From Chloroflexota bacterium (GTDB lineage: Bacteria; Chloroflexota; Anaerolineae; Aggregatilineales; Phototrophicaceae), in contig VXLV01000115.1 of assembly GCA_009841405.1 (NCBI GenBank), positions 3,630 through 67,629 of the forward strand: a stretch of 64,000 nucleotides of DNA, given 5' to 3'. Positions 9,940-19,958 of the stretch are shown here, piece by piece. The notes beneath the pieces were generated by a model. It ran no database searches and was not told the origin of the DNA. It saw only the letters and a list, made by a program, of their open reading frames with translations. Made by a program: the position numbers and the translations under genes. Positions within the stretch are counted from its first letter, which is position 1. Each line of letters starts with the position of its first letter.

Positions 9940-10725
9940 ATGAAACCGTATATATGTATTGGCGTGCCCTACTATCTAGGAGAAGCGCTGCCCAATCGGC
10001 GTGAAGTCGAAGCTTTGCGACAAACCGGCATCGCCGACGAACTGGATGCCACGTGGATCGACATCAAGCCGGATTTCGCTCAATCCGACGATCCTGTGGT
10101 CGCCGTGAATCGCGCCCTGGCCGCTACGGTCGCGGCCCGTCCCGACGCGATTCCCCTGGTCTTCGCCAATGACTGCACCAGTTGCCTGGGCATGGTCAAA
10201 GGCTTGGAGCGCCAAGCGCCAGTCGTGCTCTGGTACGACTCGCACGGCGATTTCAACACGCCGGAGACGACGCCCAGCGGATTCCTGGGCGGCATGCCCC
10301 TGGCGGCCCTGGTCGGACGCGGCAACCAACATCTGATGCAGGGGCTGGACTTGCAGCCGATTCCAGAATCCGACGTGGTCATCACCGACGTGCGCAATTT
10401 GGATCCCGAAGAAGGCGACATGCTGCGCGCCAGCGACGTCACGATCTACGAAACGCTGGAGGCCTTGCATTCGGCTGAATTGCCGGAGCGTCCCATGTAT
10501 ATTCATTTCGACGCCGATGTGGTCGACTGTGCCGAGATGCCCGCCATGAGTTACCCCGAGCCCGGCGGTCCCAGCCTGCAGCAGAGCATCGACTCACTGC
10601 GCCGGATGAAAGCGCGCGGCAATGTGGCGGGCGCGCTGTTCAGCCTCTGGAACGGCACGCTCGACGGCGCCGACGAAGCTATGACGGCCACGCTTGAACT
10701 GATTCGCGCCATGAAAGCTGGATAA
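9940..10725 (+). CDS. Arginase/agmatinase/formiminoglutamase-family metallohydrolase
   Basis: Ureohydrolase Mn-ligand motifs DSHGDFNTPETTPSGFLGGMPLA and HFDADVVD. The ATG at 9940 has a GGAG 6 nt upstream; the ORF is open from a GTG at 9928. Confidence 0.8.
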   Translation: MKPYICIGVPYYLGEALPNRREVEALRQTGIADELDATWIDIKPDFAQSDDPVVAVNRALAATVAARPDAIPLVFANDCTSCLGMVKGLERQAPVVLWYDSHGDFNTPETTPSGFLGGMPLAALVGRGNQHLMQGLDLQPIPESDVVITDVRNLDPEEGDMLRASDVTIYETLEALHSAELPERPMYIHFDADVVDCAEMPAMSYPEPGGPSLQQSIDSLRRMKARGNVAGALFSLWNGTLDGADEAMTATLELIRAMKAG

Positions 10726-10728
10726 GAT

Positions 10729-10760
10729 TTGCGCGCCGGCGACTTGCGCGCGCAATCTTT
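10729..10760 (+). terminator. Possible intrinsic terminator after the arginase-family gene
   Basis: Arms TTGCGCGC (10729-10736) and GCGCGCAA (10748-10755) followed by TCTTT. Confidence 0.4.
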
Positions 10761-10802
10761 CAGGATTATGCTCGATTTTGAATTTGTGGAAGGCAAACAA
10801 TT

Positions 10803-11126
10803 TTGTACGCCGATAACGAAATCCTGTTTCCTCACTACGCCATCCCCGCCCTGCGCAACACGCGCGGCCCGCTTTGGCGTCAACTGATCGACAAGATTTC
10901 GGCCAAGCGCGAAACCAGCGTTGAAGTCATCGCCTTGATGTCGGTCATGATTGAGCTGAACGGCTGCTTGCCCTGCGAAACGGACAGCTACCGGGCCATG
11001 CGCGGCTGCACCGCCTGCGCGCAGCAAACCCTGCGCCGCTTCAAGGGCAGCGACGAAGAATTAATCGACGCCTACGAATCCTCCGTTGCCAGATTCCGTA
11101 AACTTGATCTCGCTTTTGACGCCTAA
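10803..11126 (+). CDS. Hypothetical small protein with a CxxC...CxxC pair
   Basis: 107-aa ORF with a TTG start and motif GCLPCETDSYRAMRGCTACAQ. I recognise no family. It occupies an otherwise empty gap with no competing ORF of better quality. Confidence 0.35.
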   Translation: MYADNEILFPHYAIPALRNTRGPLWRQLIDKISAKRETSVEVIALMSVMIELNGCLPCETDSYRAMRGCTACAQQTLRRFKGSDEELIDAYESSVARFRKLDLAFDA

Positions 11127-11218
11127 TACAGCCGACGCCCGAATCGTAGTTGACAGCAATAGCGACGCCATGTTAAACTTCCTACCCGCGCGGTGAACGC
11201 CGCCGCGCAAGTTGAGTT

Positions 11219-11791
11219 TTGCATAGCTTATTGAAGGGTCGTGCAGCGATAGCAAATTCACCGCACAGGATCAACAGGAATATTCGTGGCGTGCGCGAAG
11301 TCCGGCTGATTGACGATTCCAACACCAATATCGGTGTCGTTAGCATCGGACACGCGCAAGACCGAGCCGATGATGTTGGTTTGGATCTAGTAGAAGTTGC
11401 GCCAAATGCCAACCCGCCCGTCTGCCGGATTATGGACTATGGCAAATTCCAGTACGAGCAGCGGCGCAAGGAGCGCAAATCGAAGAAGAATCAAATCAAA
11501 GTTACGGTCAAGGAGATCCAGTTGCGCCCCAAAACGGATGAGTACCACCTGCAATTCGACATCAAACGCGCGCAGAAGTGGCTGCTTGAAGGGAAAAAGG
11601 TGAAATTCCGGGTGCGCTTCCGCGGGCGCGAAATAACGCATCAGCATATCGGCCGCGACCGCCTTGGGCGTATTGAAGAGGCTTTAAAGGAAGTAGGCGT
11701 AGTGGAGCAGCGCCCTAATATGGAGGGCCGAGACATGCTCATGATTCTGGCGCCGACAAAGGAAATCAAGCAAAGCACGGAGAAGCAATAG
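11219..11791 (+). CDS. infC: Translation initiation factor IF-3
   Basis: [64 protein letters not shown] is a typical IF-3 N-domain plus linker. Followed by rpmI-rplT. The start is uncertain: TTG at 11219, or an in-frame ATA at 11249. Confidence 0.9.
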   Translation: MHSLLKGRAAIANSPHRINRNIRGVREVRLIDDSNTNIGVVSIGHAQDRADDVGLDLVEVAPNANPPVCRIMDYGKFQYEQRRKERKSKKNQIKVTVKEIQLRPKTDEYHLQFDIKRAQKWLLEGKKVKFRVRFRGREITHQHIGRDRLGRIEEALKEVGVVEQRPNMEGRDMLMILAPTKEIKQSTEKQ

Positions 11792-12042
11792 TGCCCCGCA
11801 AGAAGAAGACTGGCAAGTACAAGTTGAAGACGCATAAAGCGACCGCCAAGCGCTTTCGCATGACGGCTACCGGCAAGATCGTGCGCACCAAAGGCGGCAA
11901 AAGCCACTTGCGCCGTCGCTCCGCCAAGCGCGTCAAACGGCAATGGGACAAGTCGCTGGTAGTCGGCGAAAAAGCCATGCAGCGCCGCATCCGGCGGCTC
12001 GCGCCCTATCTCGGCAAATACAAGGCCAACCCGCCCGCGTAA
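11791..12042 (+). CDS. rpmI: 50S ribosomal protein L35
   Basis: [30 protein letters not shown] motif. The GTG start shares one nt with the infC stop (TAGTG). Confidence 0.9.
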   Translation: MPRKKKTGKYKLKTHKATAKRFRMTATGKIVRTKGGKSHLRRRSAKRVKRQWDKSLVVGEKAMQRRIRRLAPYLGKYKANPPA

Positions 12043-12114
12043 ATCGGGGGCATATTTCGCTGTCTTATGCCCGGCGCCATGGCGCGTCGGGCCGTTCAAG
12101 TACGGAGATTACTC

Positions 12115-12468
12115 ATGGCTAGAACCAGAACCGGCTTCGTTAGGCGCCGCCGGCACAAAAAAGTACTGAAGATGACCAAGGGTCAGTGGGGCACGCGCAG
12201 CAAGAACTTCAAGCGCGCCAATGAGGCAATGATGCGCAGCCTTTGGTACGCCTACCGTGACCGTCGTCAACGCCGGCGGCAACTCCGCCGCCTTTGGATT
12301 CAGCGGATTAACGCCGCCGCCCGCATGAACGGCATGAAATACAGCCAGTTGATGCACGGGCTCAAACAGGCGGACGTCAGTCTGGATCGCAAGAGTCTCG
12401 CCAGCCTTGCCGTGCGCGACGCCGATACATTCAGCAAAGTCGTGGACGTCGCCAGGCAGCGTCTCTAG
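12115..12468 (+). CDS. rplT: 50S ribosomal protein L20
   Basis: MARTRTGFVRRRRHKKVLKMTKGQWG is a canonical L20 N-terminus. The ATG at 12115 has a GGAG 8 nt upstream. The ORF-track start at 12067 is probably too early. Confidence 0.93.
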   Translation: MARTRTGFVRRRRHKKVLKMTKGQWGTRSKNFKRANEAMMRSLWYAYRDRRQRRRQLRRLWIQRINAAARMNGMKYSQLMHGLKQADVSLDRKSLASLAVRDADTFSKVVDVARQRL

Positions 12469-12495
12469 CGCGACCGCCAGTTTCAATCACGTATC

Positions 12496-12522
12496 AAAGG
12501 GGTCGGGCGACTGACCCTTTTT
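12496..12522 (+). terminator. Rho-independent terminator after rplT
   Basis: AAAGGGGTC ... GACCCTTT hairpin (one bulged G) followed by TTTTT. Confidence 0.55.
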
Positions 12523-12540
12523 CAATTCCGAGCGCCGTAT

Positions 12541-13326
12541 ATGGATGCCATAAGCAGCACCCGGAACAATCGCGTTCGCTACGTCAAGTCGCTGCAGACC
12601 AAAGCGCGGCTGCGGCGCGGCGAGCGCAAGCTCGTACTGGAGGGAGACCGCCTGATCGAGGACTCGCTCGCCAGCGGCGGGCGGCCGACCCTGGCGCTGT
12701 ACTCGCCCAAATGCGCCGATTACCAGGTGATCGCGCGCTTGCAAGAATTCAACTGCGACTTGCTGCCCGTTAGCGACGAGGTGCTGGCCTTCGCCAGCGA
12801 TACGCAGCAGCCGGCTGGCATCGTGGCCGTATTTGCGATTCCGAAGCCGGCGATCCCGCAGCCGGCTTCGCGCGCGCTAATCCTTGACGCCGTCCGCGAA
12901 CCCGGCAACCTGGGCGCCATCCTGAGATCAGCGGCGGCGGCCGGCGTCGAGCTGGCGATACTAGCGCCAGGTTGCGTCGATCCATACAATCCCAAGGTCT
13001 TGCGCGCAGGCACGGGCGCGCACTTCCGCATCCCGGTGGTAGAGGCGTCCTGGTCGGAGATTTCGAGCTTCTGCCAGGATCTGACCGTTTACGCGGCAAG
13101 CGCCGCTTCCGCCACTGAATACACGGCTGTCGATTGGCGGCGCGAATGGGCGCTGATCTTGGGCAACGAAGCGCGCGGCCTCAGCCACAAGGCGCTGAAC
13201 GCGGCGCAAGAAGTCATCGCCGTTCCCATGGCCGGCGCCGCCGAATCGCTCAACGTTGCCAGCGCCGCTGCCGTCATACTATTTGAAGCCCGGCGTCAGC
13301 GCCGAAGCGCCGACAGCGCCAAATGA
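12541..13326 (+). CDS. TrmH/SpoU-family RNA 2'-O-methyltransferase
   Basis: SPOUT motifs EPGNLGAILRSAAAAGV, ILGNEARGLS and ESLNVASAAAVILFE. Confidence 0.85.
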   Translation: MDAISSTRNNRVRYVKSLQTKARLRRGERKLVLEGDRLIEDSLASGGRPTLALYSPKCADYQVIARLQEFNCDLLPVSDEVLAFASDTQQPAGIVAVFAIPKPAIPQPASRALILDAVREPGNLGAILRSAAAAGVELAILAPGCVDPYNPKVLRAGTGAHFRIPVVEASWSEISSFCQDLTVYAASAASATEYTAVDWRREWALILGNEARGLSHKALNAAQEVIAVPMAGAAESLNVASAAAVILFEARRQRRSADSAK

Positions 13327-13414
13327 TTTGCGCCAGCGACGCCTCTTTTATAGCGGCGGCCGCTGGGGTAGACTAGCGCGGTTGCAATAGGCGAATAGCG
13401 GGAGATTGCGATAC

Positions 13415-14812
13415 ATGGCCAGTAGTTATGACGTGGTTGTTCTGGGCGCGGGACCGGGCGGTTATGTCAGCGCCATACGCGCCGCCCAGCTGGGGCTATC
13501 GACGGCGATTGTCGAAAAGAAGTATTGGGGCGGCGTCTGTCTGAATGTGGGCTGCATCCCGTCCAAAGCGCTGCTGCGCAACGCCGAGCTGGCTAACATC
13601 CTGCAGCATCAGGCCGATACCTTCGGCATTAGCGGCGACTTTTCCTTCGACTACGGCAAGGCCTACAAGCGCAGCCGGCGCGTCTCCAACGGTTTGACCA
13701 AGGGCGTGCAATTCTTGATGCGCAAGAACAAGATTAAGACCTTTGAAGGCTGGGCGAGCATAGAAGACGCCAACAGCCTCAGCGTAGCGCTCAACACCGG
13801 CGGAAGCGAGACGATTCACTTCAAGAACCTGATTATCGCGACCGGCGCCTCGACGCGATTGATTCCGGGCACAACCCTCAGCGAGCGGGTCGTGACCTAC
13901 GAAGAACAGATCATGGAGGACAAACTGCCCGCCAGCGTCATCATCGCCGGCGCCGGCGCTATCGGCGTCGAATTCGCCTATATCATGCGTAACTACGGCG
14001 TGGACGTGACCATGGTCGAATTCCTGGATCGTATCCTGCCGCTGGAAGACCCCGAGGTCAGCGCGGAATTGGCGAAAGAATTCAAGAAGCTCGGCATAAA
14101 GGTCTTGACGGGCGCGCGCGTCGACGGCATCGACGACCAGGGCGACGGGGTCGCGGTCAAAGTCATCCGCGCCGACGGCGCGCAAGACACGCTTCAAGCC
14201 GAGCGCGTCCTGCAAGCCATCGGCTTTCAACCGCGCGTCGACGGCTACGGACTCGAGAAAATCGGCGTTGCGCTCAACGCGCAGGGCGGCATCGAGATCA
14301 ATGACAAGATGCAGACCAATTTGCCGCATATATACGCCATCGGCGATGTGACCGCCAAGCTGATGCTGGCGCATGTGGCGGAGACCATGGGCGTGGTCGC
14401 CGCGGAAAATATCGCCGGCGCGCCCACTGTGACGCTGGACTTCGACATGATGCCACGCGCCACCTATTGCCAGCCGCAAGTCGCCAGCTTCGGCTACACC
14501 GAAGCGGAGGCTGAAGAGCGCGGCTACGCGATCAATGTCGCCAAGTTTCCCTTCCAGGCTAATGGCAAGGCGCGCGGCATGGGCGACGCCACCGGCTTCG
14601 TCAAGGTGATCAGTGACAAGAAGTACGGCGAAATCCTGGGCGCGCACATGATCGGCCACGACGTCACTGAGCTGCTGCCGGAGCTGACCCTGGCGCGCTC
14701 CGCCGAGTTGACGCCGCAAGAGATCGCCCGCAATGTTCACGCCCATCCGACGCTCAGCGAAGCCCTCAAGGAAGCCGCGCACGGCCTGGAGGGCCACTTC
14801 CTGAATTTGTAG
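13415..14812 (+). CDS. lpdA: Dihydrolipoyl dehydrogenase (E3)
   Basis: [26 protein letters not shown] motif, redox disulfide [13 protein letters not shown] and C-terminal HAHPTLSE. The ATG at 13415 has a GGAG 10 nt upstream; a TTG at 13406 is also open. Confidence 0.92.
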   Translation: MASSYDVVVLGAGPGGYVSAIRAAQLGLSTAIVEKKYWGGVCLNVGCIPSKALLRNAELANILQHQADTFGISGDFSFDYGKAYKRSRRVSNGLTKGVQFLMRKNKIKTFEGWASIEDANSLSVALNTGGSETIHFKNLIIATGASTRLIPGTTLSERVVTYEEQIMEDKLPASVIIAGAGAIGVEFAYIMRNYGVDVTMVEFLDRILPLEDPEVSAELAKEFKKLGIKVLTGARVDGIDDQGDGVAVKVIRADGAQDTLQAERVLQAIGFQPRVDGYGLEKIGVALNAQGGIEINDKMQTNLPHIYAIGDVTAKLMLAHVAETMGVVAAENIAGAPTVTLDFDMMPRATYCQPQVASFGYTEAEAEERGYAINVAKFPFQANGKARGMGDATGFVKVISDKKYGEILGAHMIGHDVTELLPELTLARSAELTPQEIARNVHAHPTLSEALKEAAHGLEGHFLNL

Positions 14813-14826
14813 CCGGCGGCTGCGGA

Positions 14827-15486
14827 CTATCGCGGCCAGCAGTCGACGATCAGGCTGGTGTAGTTTAGGCGCCCTTCAGCGTTGCGCTCGTCGTGATCAG
14901 CGGAACGGCCGACGAAGCCGTCGTCTATGCTCCACTCGCGCTGATGAAATTTCCCGGCCTCGTCAAAGTATTCGAGCAGCTCAAACCGCCAGCCCTGCTC
15001 TTGCATCAAGTCGCCAATCAACTCAAAGGTGTACAACATTTTGTGGTCGCTGGCGCCGACGCCCGTTCCGCCCGGTTTCACGCTATTGATATAATCGGCA
15101 TCAGGATGACAGCCGTCCGGCACGGCGATACGGACGCGGCCGTCCGGCGCCAGGAATTCGCGCGCGATTTCCAGGAAGGTTGACATTTCCTCGCGGGTAA
15201 GATGCTCAAAGACATGCTCGGCCAGGATTCTGTCCATCGCTGCTGGCGGGAACAGCGCCCGCCAGTGATCACGCTTGCGGATGTCAAAGGCCGGCACGTC
15301 GGTGGCGATCCAGCTTTCTGACGCAGTTTGGCCAGCGCCGATGATTATCTTCACCGCGCGTTCGGATTGCAGTTGCAGCCGAACCGCGTCGCGGATGCGC
15401 TGGCGCTCGCTCAAGAGCAGGCGCCTGCGCCGCCAAGATCGCAGAAGCGGCGCGTAAAGCGGGCGAAGCAAGCGCTTGACAAGCAT
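14827..15486 (-). CDS. Putative class I SAM-dependent methyltransferase
   Basis: IIIGAG...WIATD, LAEHVFEHL and APDGRVRIAVPDG segments resemble the small methyltransferases found in glycan clusters. The start is 2 nt after the upstream gene's stop. Confidence 0.65.
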   Translation of the reverse strand: MLVKRLLRPLYAPLLRSWRRRRLLLSERQRIRDAVRLQLQSERAVKIIIGAGQTASESWIATDVPAFDIRKRDHWRALFPPAAMDRILAEHVFEHLTREEMSTFLEIAREFLAPDGRVRIAVPDGCHPDADYINSVKPGGTGVGASDHKMLYTFELIGDLMQEQGWRFELLEYFDEAGKFHQREWSIDDGFVGRSADHDERNAEGRLNYTSLIVDCWPR

Positions 15487-15488
15487 GT

Positions 15489-17408
15489 TCAGCCGTCCCG
15501 CTCCTCGACAGTAAAATTGAAGACGGGCAGAATTGTACCCGTCTCGCCCGTGGTCAGATCCCTTCCAGTAACCTTTGCGCTGGCGCGATGCCGATCGTAG
15601 ACGATGACGACGACCCGATAATCGCCGGGAGCGAGATCAGCTATCGGCAAGTCGACGACATACCACTTGAGCACATCGTCGTATAGATGGCGGTCTGGCG
15701 CTTGCCCCACATTTGCCCAGCCGCTAGTGATAATCTGAATCGAAACGTTGAACGCTTCGAGCAGCGCTGCGTCGGCGACTTCCCAGCCTGTGACCACGCG
15801 AACCGAGTCACCGTCGCCGCGGATCTCGGCGAATTTATCCGCGATCCGTATTCCATTTTCGTAGTGGATCGGCTGGTATTCGTGGTCGCAGGCCAGCGCC
15901 TTGTCGATATATCGCCGGACGTACAAGTCGGCGCCATCAATGACGACGTCGCAGGGGCGATATGAACGCCGCAAGTAGTCATCGACCAGCGCCAGATTCT
16001 TCGGCGGCGCAAGAGGGTCATACGCGAACAAGAGGAAAGGCTGGTCGTCCAGTTTCCGTGGCAGGTCAATCGCCAGAGTTTCCGCATCATAGTAGGACGG
16101 CGCAAAGACCCCGTCGATGCCCAGCAGTGTCTCCATATAGTAGTCTGCGGTGGACTTCCCGCGCTTGCCGCGGGCATTGACAAAGTCTGTGCGGGTGAAG
16201 CCAAGGACATAATCATGCGCTTCGGTCTTGCCTTGCAAAGCGTCGACGTATTCAGCGAGCGGCGGATAGGCGCTTACAATACCGACGGTGCCTTGATACT
16301 CAAGGTAGTCATCTGCGCGGCGCAGGGCAAAACCTGATACAAGATAAGCCGTCAGAATCAGAAGCGCGATCCAGCGCGGCTTAAACCAGGCCAGGCCGTA
16401 GCCTACGGCAATGATCCACATCGACCAGGTCACAAAGAAATAGCGCGAGCGGCGCAAGAGAATCAAGCCGATTGCCTCGTTTGCGGCGAGCAAGAGGACT
16501 AGCACTGCGACCGCCAGCCACAAAAAGGGAAATATCCGCTTAAGCTCAATGCGCTGGCGCGAGCGCAGCAGAGCGGCCGACATTACTACAATCAGTATGA
16601 TCCAGTTGCCATTGCCCAGAAAGCGGACGAATATGTCCATTGCTTGCGCTAAGGTGATAGCGTCGTAGGCCGTATCAAACTTCGACGACATGCCATGCAG
16701 CGTAACCGGCAACCAAGGTAGAAAGAGCAGACCGGCGACGACCATGGCGAACGCCACCTGAACCCAGACCCGGTTTCGCCTAATGAAGAGCAAGTGATAG
16801 CTGCCCAAAGCCAGCAGGTAAAAGATCGTGAAAGGCTGCGTATACAACAGAGCTGCGGCGCCAAGCGCGAGACCGGCCCAATGATGCCAGCGCCCCCGCC
16901 TGCTCGATCGCGTGAGGAAGAAATAATGCCAGGCCAGAGCCATGAGCAGCATGAACTGCAAGGAGTACATCCGGATTTCGTGCAAGTAATCCAGCCAAAA
17001 CACGTTCAGCCCTAGGAAGGCCGCCGACCACAGGCCCGTCCAGCGGTCGAAGAAGTCGACGCCAATGCGATAAGTCCAAGCCAGGGAGATGATCCCAAAG
17101 AACAGCGGCAGGCAGCGCAGGACTACATGATGCCAGCCCACGAGCGCGCCCCAGCCCGCGACAAGCTCAAAGAAGAGGGGCGTATGTTTGGGGCTGTGCT
17201 GGCTCACCGACTCGATGACATCTAGCGGTGAAAAGGGGCCGGTCACCCCGCCGGCATGGCTGATCGAGGTCAACTCGTCGTACCAGATCAAATCCGCGCC
17301 CAAACCTTGCGCCGCCATGAAGGCCACCAGCAGCAGCAGCGGAATCATCAGCATCCAGGGCGATGAGACTGGTGGACGAAGCCTGATGAATTTTGCGCTT
17401 TTGGACAT
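15489..17408 (-). CDS. GT-C-fold membrane glycosyltransferase (ArnT/PMT-like), paralog 2, with a ~230-aa soluble C-terminal domain
   Basis: At least 10 predicted TM helices and an acidic first-loop motif (LIWYDELTS) typical of GT-C enzymes. Clearly paralogous to 17412..19328 along its whole length. Confidence 0.7.
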   Translation of the reverse strand: MSKSAKFIRLRPPVSSPWMLMIPLLLLVAFMAAQGLGADLIWYDELTSISHAGGVTGPFSPLDVIESVSQHSPKHTPLFFELVAGWGALVGWHHVVLRCLPLFFGIISLAWTYRIGVDFFDRWTGLWSAAFLGLNVFWLDYLHEIRMYSLQFMLLMALAWHYFFLTRSSRRGRWHHWAGLALGAAALLYTQPFTIFYLLALGSYHLLFIRRNRVWVQVAFAMVVAGLLFLPWLPVTLHGMSSKFDTAYDAITLAQAMDIFVRFLGNGNWIILIVVMSAALLRSRQRIELKRIFPFLWLAVAVLVLLLAANEAIGLILLRRSRYFFVTWSMWIIAVGYGLAWFKPRWIALLILTAYLVSGFALRRADDYLEYQGTVGIVSAYPPLAEYVDALQGKTEAHDYVLGFTRTDFVNARGKRGKSTADYYMETLLGIDGVFAPSYYDAETLAIDLPRKLDDQPFLLFAYDPLAPPKNLALVDDYLRRSYRPCDVVIDGADLYVRRYIDKALACDHEYQPIHYENGIRIADKFAEIRGDGDSVRVVTGWEVADAALLEAFNVSIQIITSGWANVGQAPDRHLYDDVLKWYVVDLPIADLAPGDYRVVVIVYDRHRASAKVTGRDLTTGETGTILPVFNFTVEERDG

Positions 17409-17411
17409 CAG

Positions 17412-19328
17412 CTAGCCGTCGACGGTGAAAGAATTGACGAGATGAATATCACTCGAGAGACCGGTCACGAGGTCGACGCCCGCCGCCTTCTTGACGGTTT
17501 CGCGGTCGTACAGGATGACCATGACCTTGTAATCGCCCGCGGGCAAACCAGCGGTGGACAAATTAACCACATACCATGGCAAAACATCGTCGTACAAATG
17601 CCGATCAGGCGCCTGCACTACACTGCGCCAATCTGCCGAAATAATCTGAATCGACACATTGTACTCGTAAAGCTGCCTCGGCTCGGCAACTTCCCAGCCG
17701 GTAACCACCCGTATCGACTGCTTCGCCGGGTCGCGTTCGGCAAACCGGTCGGTGATCCGGATGCCATTGTCATACGCAATCGGCTGATTTTGGCGGGCAC
17801 AACCAAGCGAATGGTAGGCATAGCGCTGCGCGAATATCTCCGGCGTGTCGACGACGACCTCGCAGGGTGAAAACGCCTCATCCAGCAAGACCTGGACTTC
17901 TTCAAAATTTGCGGCCCGGTTATGCGGCTGATAGACCACGGTCAAATAGGGGTAGTGGCCGACTCGCCGGCTGAACTCTTGGCGGAGATCGCTCCCACGC
18001 AGCTCGGTATGAATGAACGCGCCCTGAACGCCCAGCAAAGTCTTAGAATAATAGTCCACAGTGCTGAAGCCAAAATACAAGCCGGCATTCAAGAATGAAG
18101 CCTGTGTGAAGCCCACCAGCACTTCGTATGGGCGAAGCTTGTTTTGCAAGGCGTCGGCGAAACGGTGCAAAGGCGGATGCGCCGGCAGCAAGGAATGATG
18201 GCCGGCATACTTCCAGTGTTCCGCCTGCTGATAGACGCTGTAGCCGCCGACCGCCCACAGAATCACAAATGCCGCCGACACCATCCGCCGGCGGGGCAAT
18301 GACAGCAGCAGACGCGCCACTGGGACGAGCGCGAATGCCAACGGGATCAGGAAGTAGCGCAGCCGCCGCGACGACACAAAGGGATCGAGCGCATGGAAAA
18401 CCAGAAGGGACAAGGTTATCGCCCCAACGATAAAGAGCATGCGCAAAAGCGCCGGCGAGCGCTTGCGCCATAGCGCCCATCCGAATGCGGGAATCAGCGC
18501 GAGCCACAGCAGGTCGACTCCGTTTGTCAGCACATGCGCCAGTATGGGCAGCAGCTCGAGTGAAGTCAGCGCCTCCGCTTGCACTGAACGACTCTCAGTC
18601 GCTTTGGCGACGCCCGCGAGCACCAAGGGGAGATAGGGCAGAAAGCTTGCCACTCCCGCGCCCCACGCAAAAACCACCCGCCACCATGCTCGGTCCTTCG
18701 TCACAAGAAGAAGATGATGAACGCCTAAGCCAAGCAGAAAAATGGGAGAAAAGGGATGCGTGTACAGCAGCGCGCCGGTCGTGGCGGTGAAACTGATCCA
18801 GGCGAATGCGCCCGCTTTCTCAGCATCGGCGAGACGCCAGTATTGCCAGAGATGAATGATGCACAGTAGCAGCCACAGGCTGTAGTTTCGCAGCTCATGA
18901 AAATAAATGATGACCATTGCATTGCTGGCAAATAACAGGGCGGCCAGCCATGCCGTTCTCCGATCGAAAGCGTCCAGACAGAATCGGTACAGGAATGCGA
19001 CGGACAAGACCCCAAAAAGCAAGGACAAATAGCGCAACGCAATTTGCGACCATCCGACCAAGCTCGCCCAGCCAGCGCCGATGACATAATACAGGGGGAC
19101 ATGGTCGGGGATTCTCTGGCTGATTTCCGTGACAATCTTCTTGATACTGTATGGGGGAGCCTCCGCGCCAATTGCTGACACCGTGGCCATTTCATCGACC
19201 CAAAGTATGTCGACATTGAGTTGAGCAGCGCCAAGAGCAAAGCCCAATAGGAGCACGGGCAGCATCGCCGCAAGACTTGTGGCGCGCAGTCGGGTCGCGG
19301 GCGGCGCCTCAGCGTCGTAATGCGTCAT
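17412..19328 (-). CDS. GT-C-fold membrane glycosyltransferase (ArnT/PMT-like), paralog 1, with a ~230-aa soluble C-terminal domain
   Basis: Multi-TM N-terminal region with first-loop ILWVDEMAT. The C-terminal domain shares blocks with its neighbour (IRVVTGWEVA, NVSIQII, APDRHLYDDVL-WYVV, GDY-V-VI-YDR). Confidence 0.7.
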   Translation of the reverse strand: MTHYDAEAPPATRLRATSLAAMLPVLLLGFALGAAQLNVDILWVDEMATVSAIGAEAPPYSIKKIVTEISQRIPDHVPLYYVIGAGWASLVGWSQIALRYLSLLFGVLSVAFLYRFCLDAFDRRTAWLAALLFASNAMVIIYFHELRNYSLWLLLCIIHLWQYWRLADAEKAGAFAWISFTATTGALLYTHPFSPIFLLGLGVHHLLLVTKDRAWWRVVFAWGAGVASFLPYLPLVLAGVAKATESRSVQAEALTSLELLPILAHVLTNGVDLLWLALIPAFGWALWRKRSPALLRMLFIVGAITLSLLVFHALDPFVSSRRLRYFLIPLAFALVPVARLLLSLPRRRMVSAAFVILWAVGGYSVYQQAEHWKYAGHHSLLPAHPPLHRFADALQNKLRPYEVLVGFTQASFLNAGLYFGFSTVDYYSKTLLGVQGAFIHTELRGSDLRQEFSRRVGHYPYLTVVYQPHNRAANFEEVQVLLDEAFSPCEVVVDTPEIFAQRYAYHSLGCARQNQPIAYDNGIRITDRFAERDPAKQSIRVVTGWEVAEPRQLYEYNVSIQIISADWRSVVQAPDRHLYDDVLPWYVVNLSTAGLPAGDYKVMVILYDRETVKKAAGVDLVTGLSSDIHLVNSFTVDG

Positions 19329-19935
19329 ATTCCGGCTTCAGGATGCCGAATTGCCACAGACTTTGCCAGGCGTCCCGCTTATAGACCCGATCGCGCCAAA
19401 CGCCCTCCAGCGTAAATCCGGCTTTCTTAAGCAGCGCGGCGGAGGCGGCGTTGCCCTCGACGACATCCGCTTCAACGCGATGCACAGCGAGTGTTTCAAA
19501 GCAAAACTCCAACACGGCATTGACCGCTTCTGTCATCAGCCCCTGACGCCAATACTGTGAGTGAAGCTCGTAGCCGATTTCCACGCGCTGATGGTGTCGG
19601 TCGTAGAGATGGAAGCCGCAGGAGCCGATCATCCGGCCCTTCGTCCTTAGTGCTAGCGCCCAGCGGATTCCCGACCCTTCCGCGAAAATGCGCTCCGCCC
19701 AGTCTATGATCTCGCGCCCAACATCTTCATGGGGCGCGCCCTCGAAATCTATGAGGTAGTCGAGCACGCCCGGGCTGCGCCAGACCGCCATCCAGTCGTC
19801 GAGATCGGCAGCCCCGATTCGCCGCAGCCTTAGCCGCTCCGTCTCCAGCGTCGGCGTCACGTCAAATTGGAATTCCACCTGAAAACCCTCGCCTCCCGCG
19901 CCACGCGGGGAATAGTGGCGCTGTTCTGATGTCAA
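19309..19935 (-). CDS. GNAT N-acetyltransferase (RimJ/RimL-like)
   Basis: TERLRLRR...IGYELHSQYWRQGLMTEAVNAVLEFCF...HRVEADVVEGNAASAALLKKAGFTLEG is a typical RimJ/L-type GNAT. Overlaps the downstream GT-C gene by 20 nt. The start may be an internal GTG. Confidence 0.85.
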   Translation of the reverse strand: MTSEQRHYSPRGAGGEGFQVEFQFDVTPTLETERLRLRRIGAADLDDWMAVWRSPGVLDYLIDFEGAPHEDVGREIIDWAERIFAEGSGIRWALALRTKGRMIGSCGFHLYDRHHQRVEIGYELHSQYWRQGLMTEAVNAVLEFCFETLAVHRVEADVVEGNAASAALLKKAGFTLEGVWRDRVYKRDAWQSLWQFGILKPEYDALRR

Positions 19936-19958
19936 GCCTCGTTGATCAGCCGACCGCT

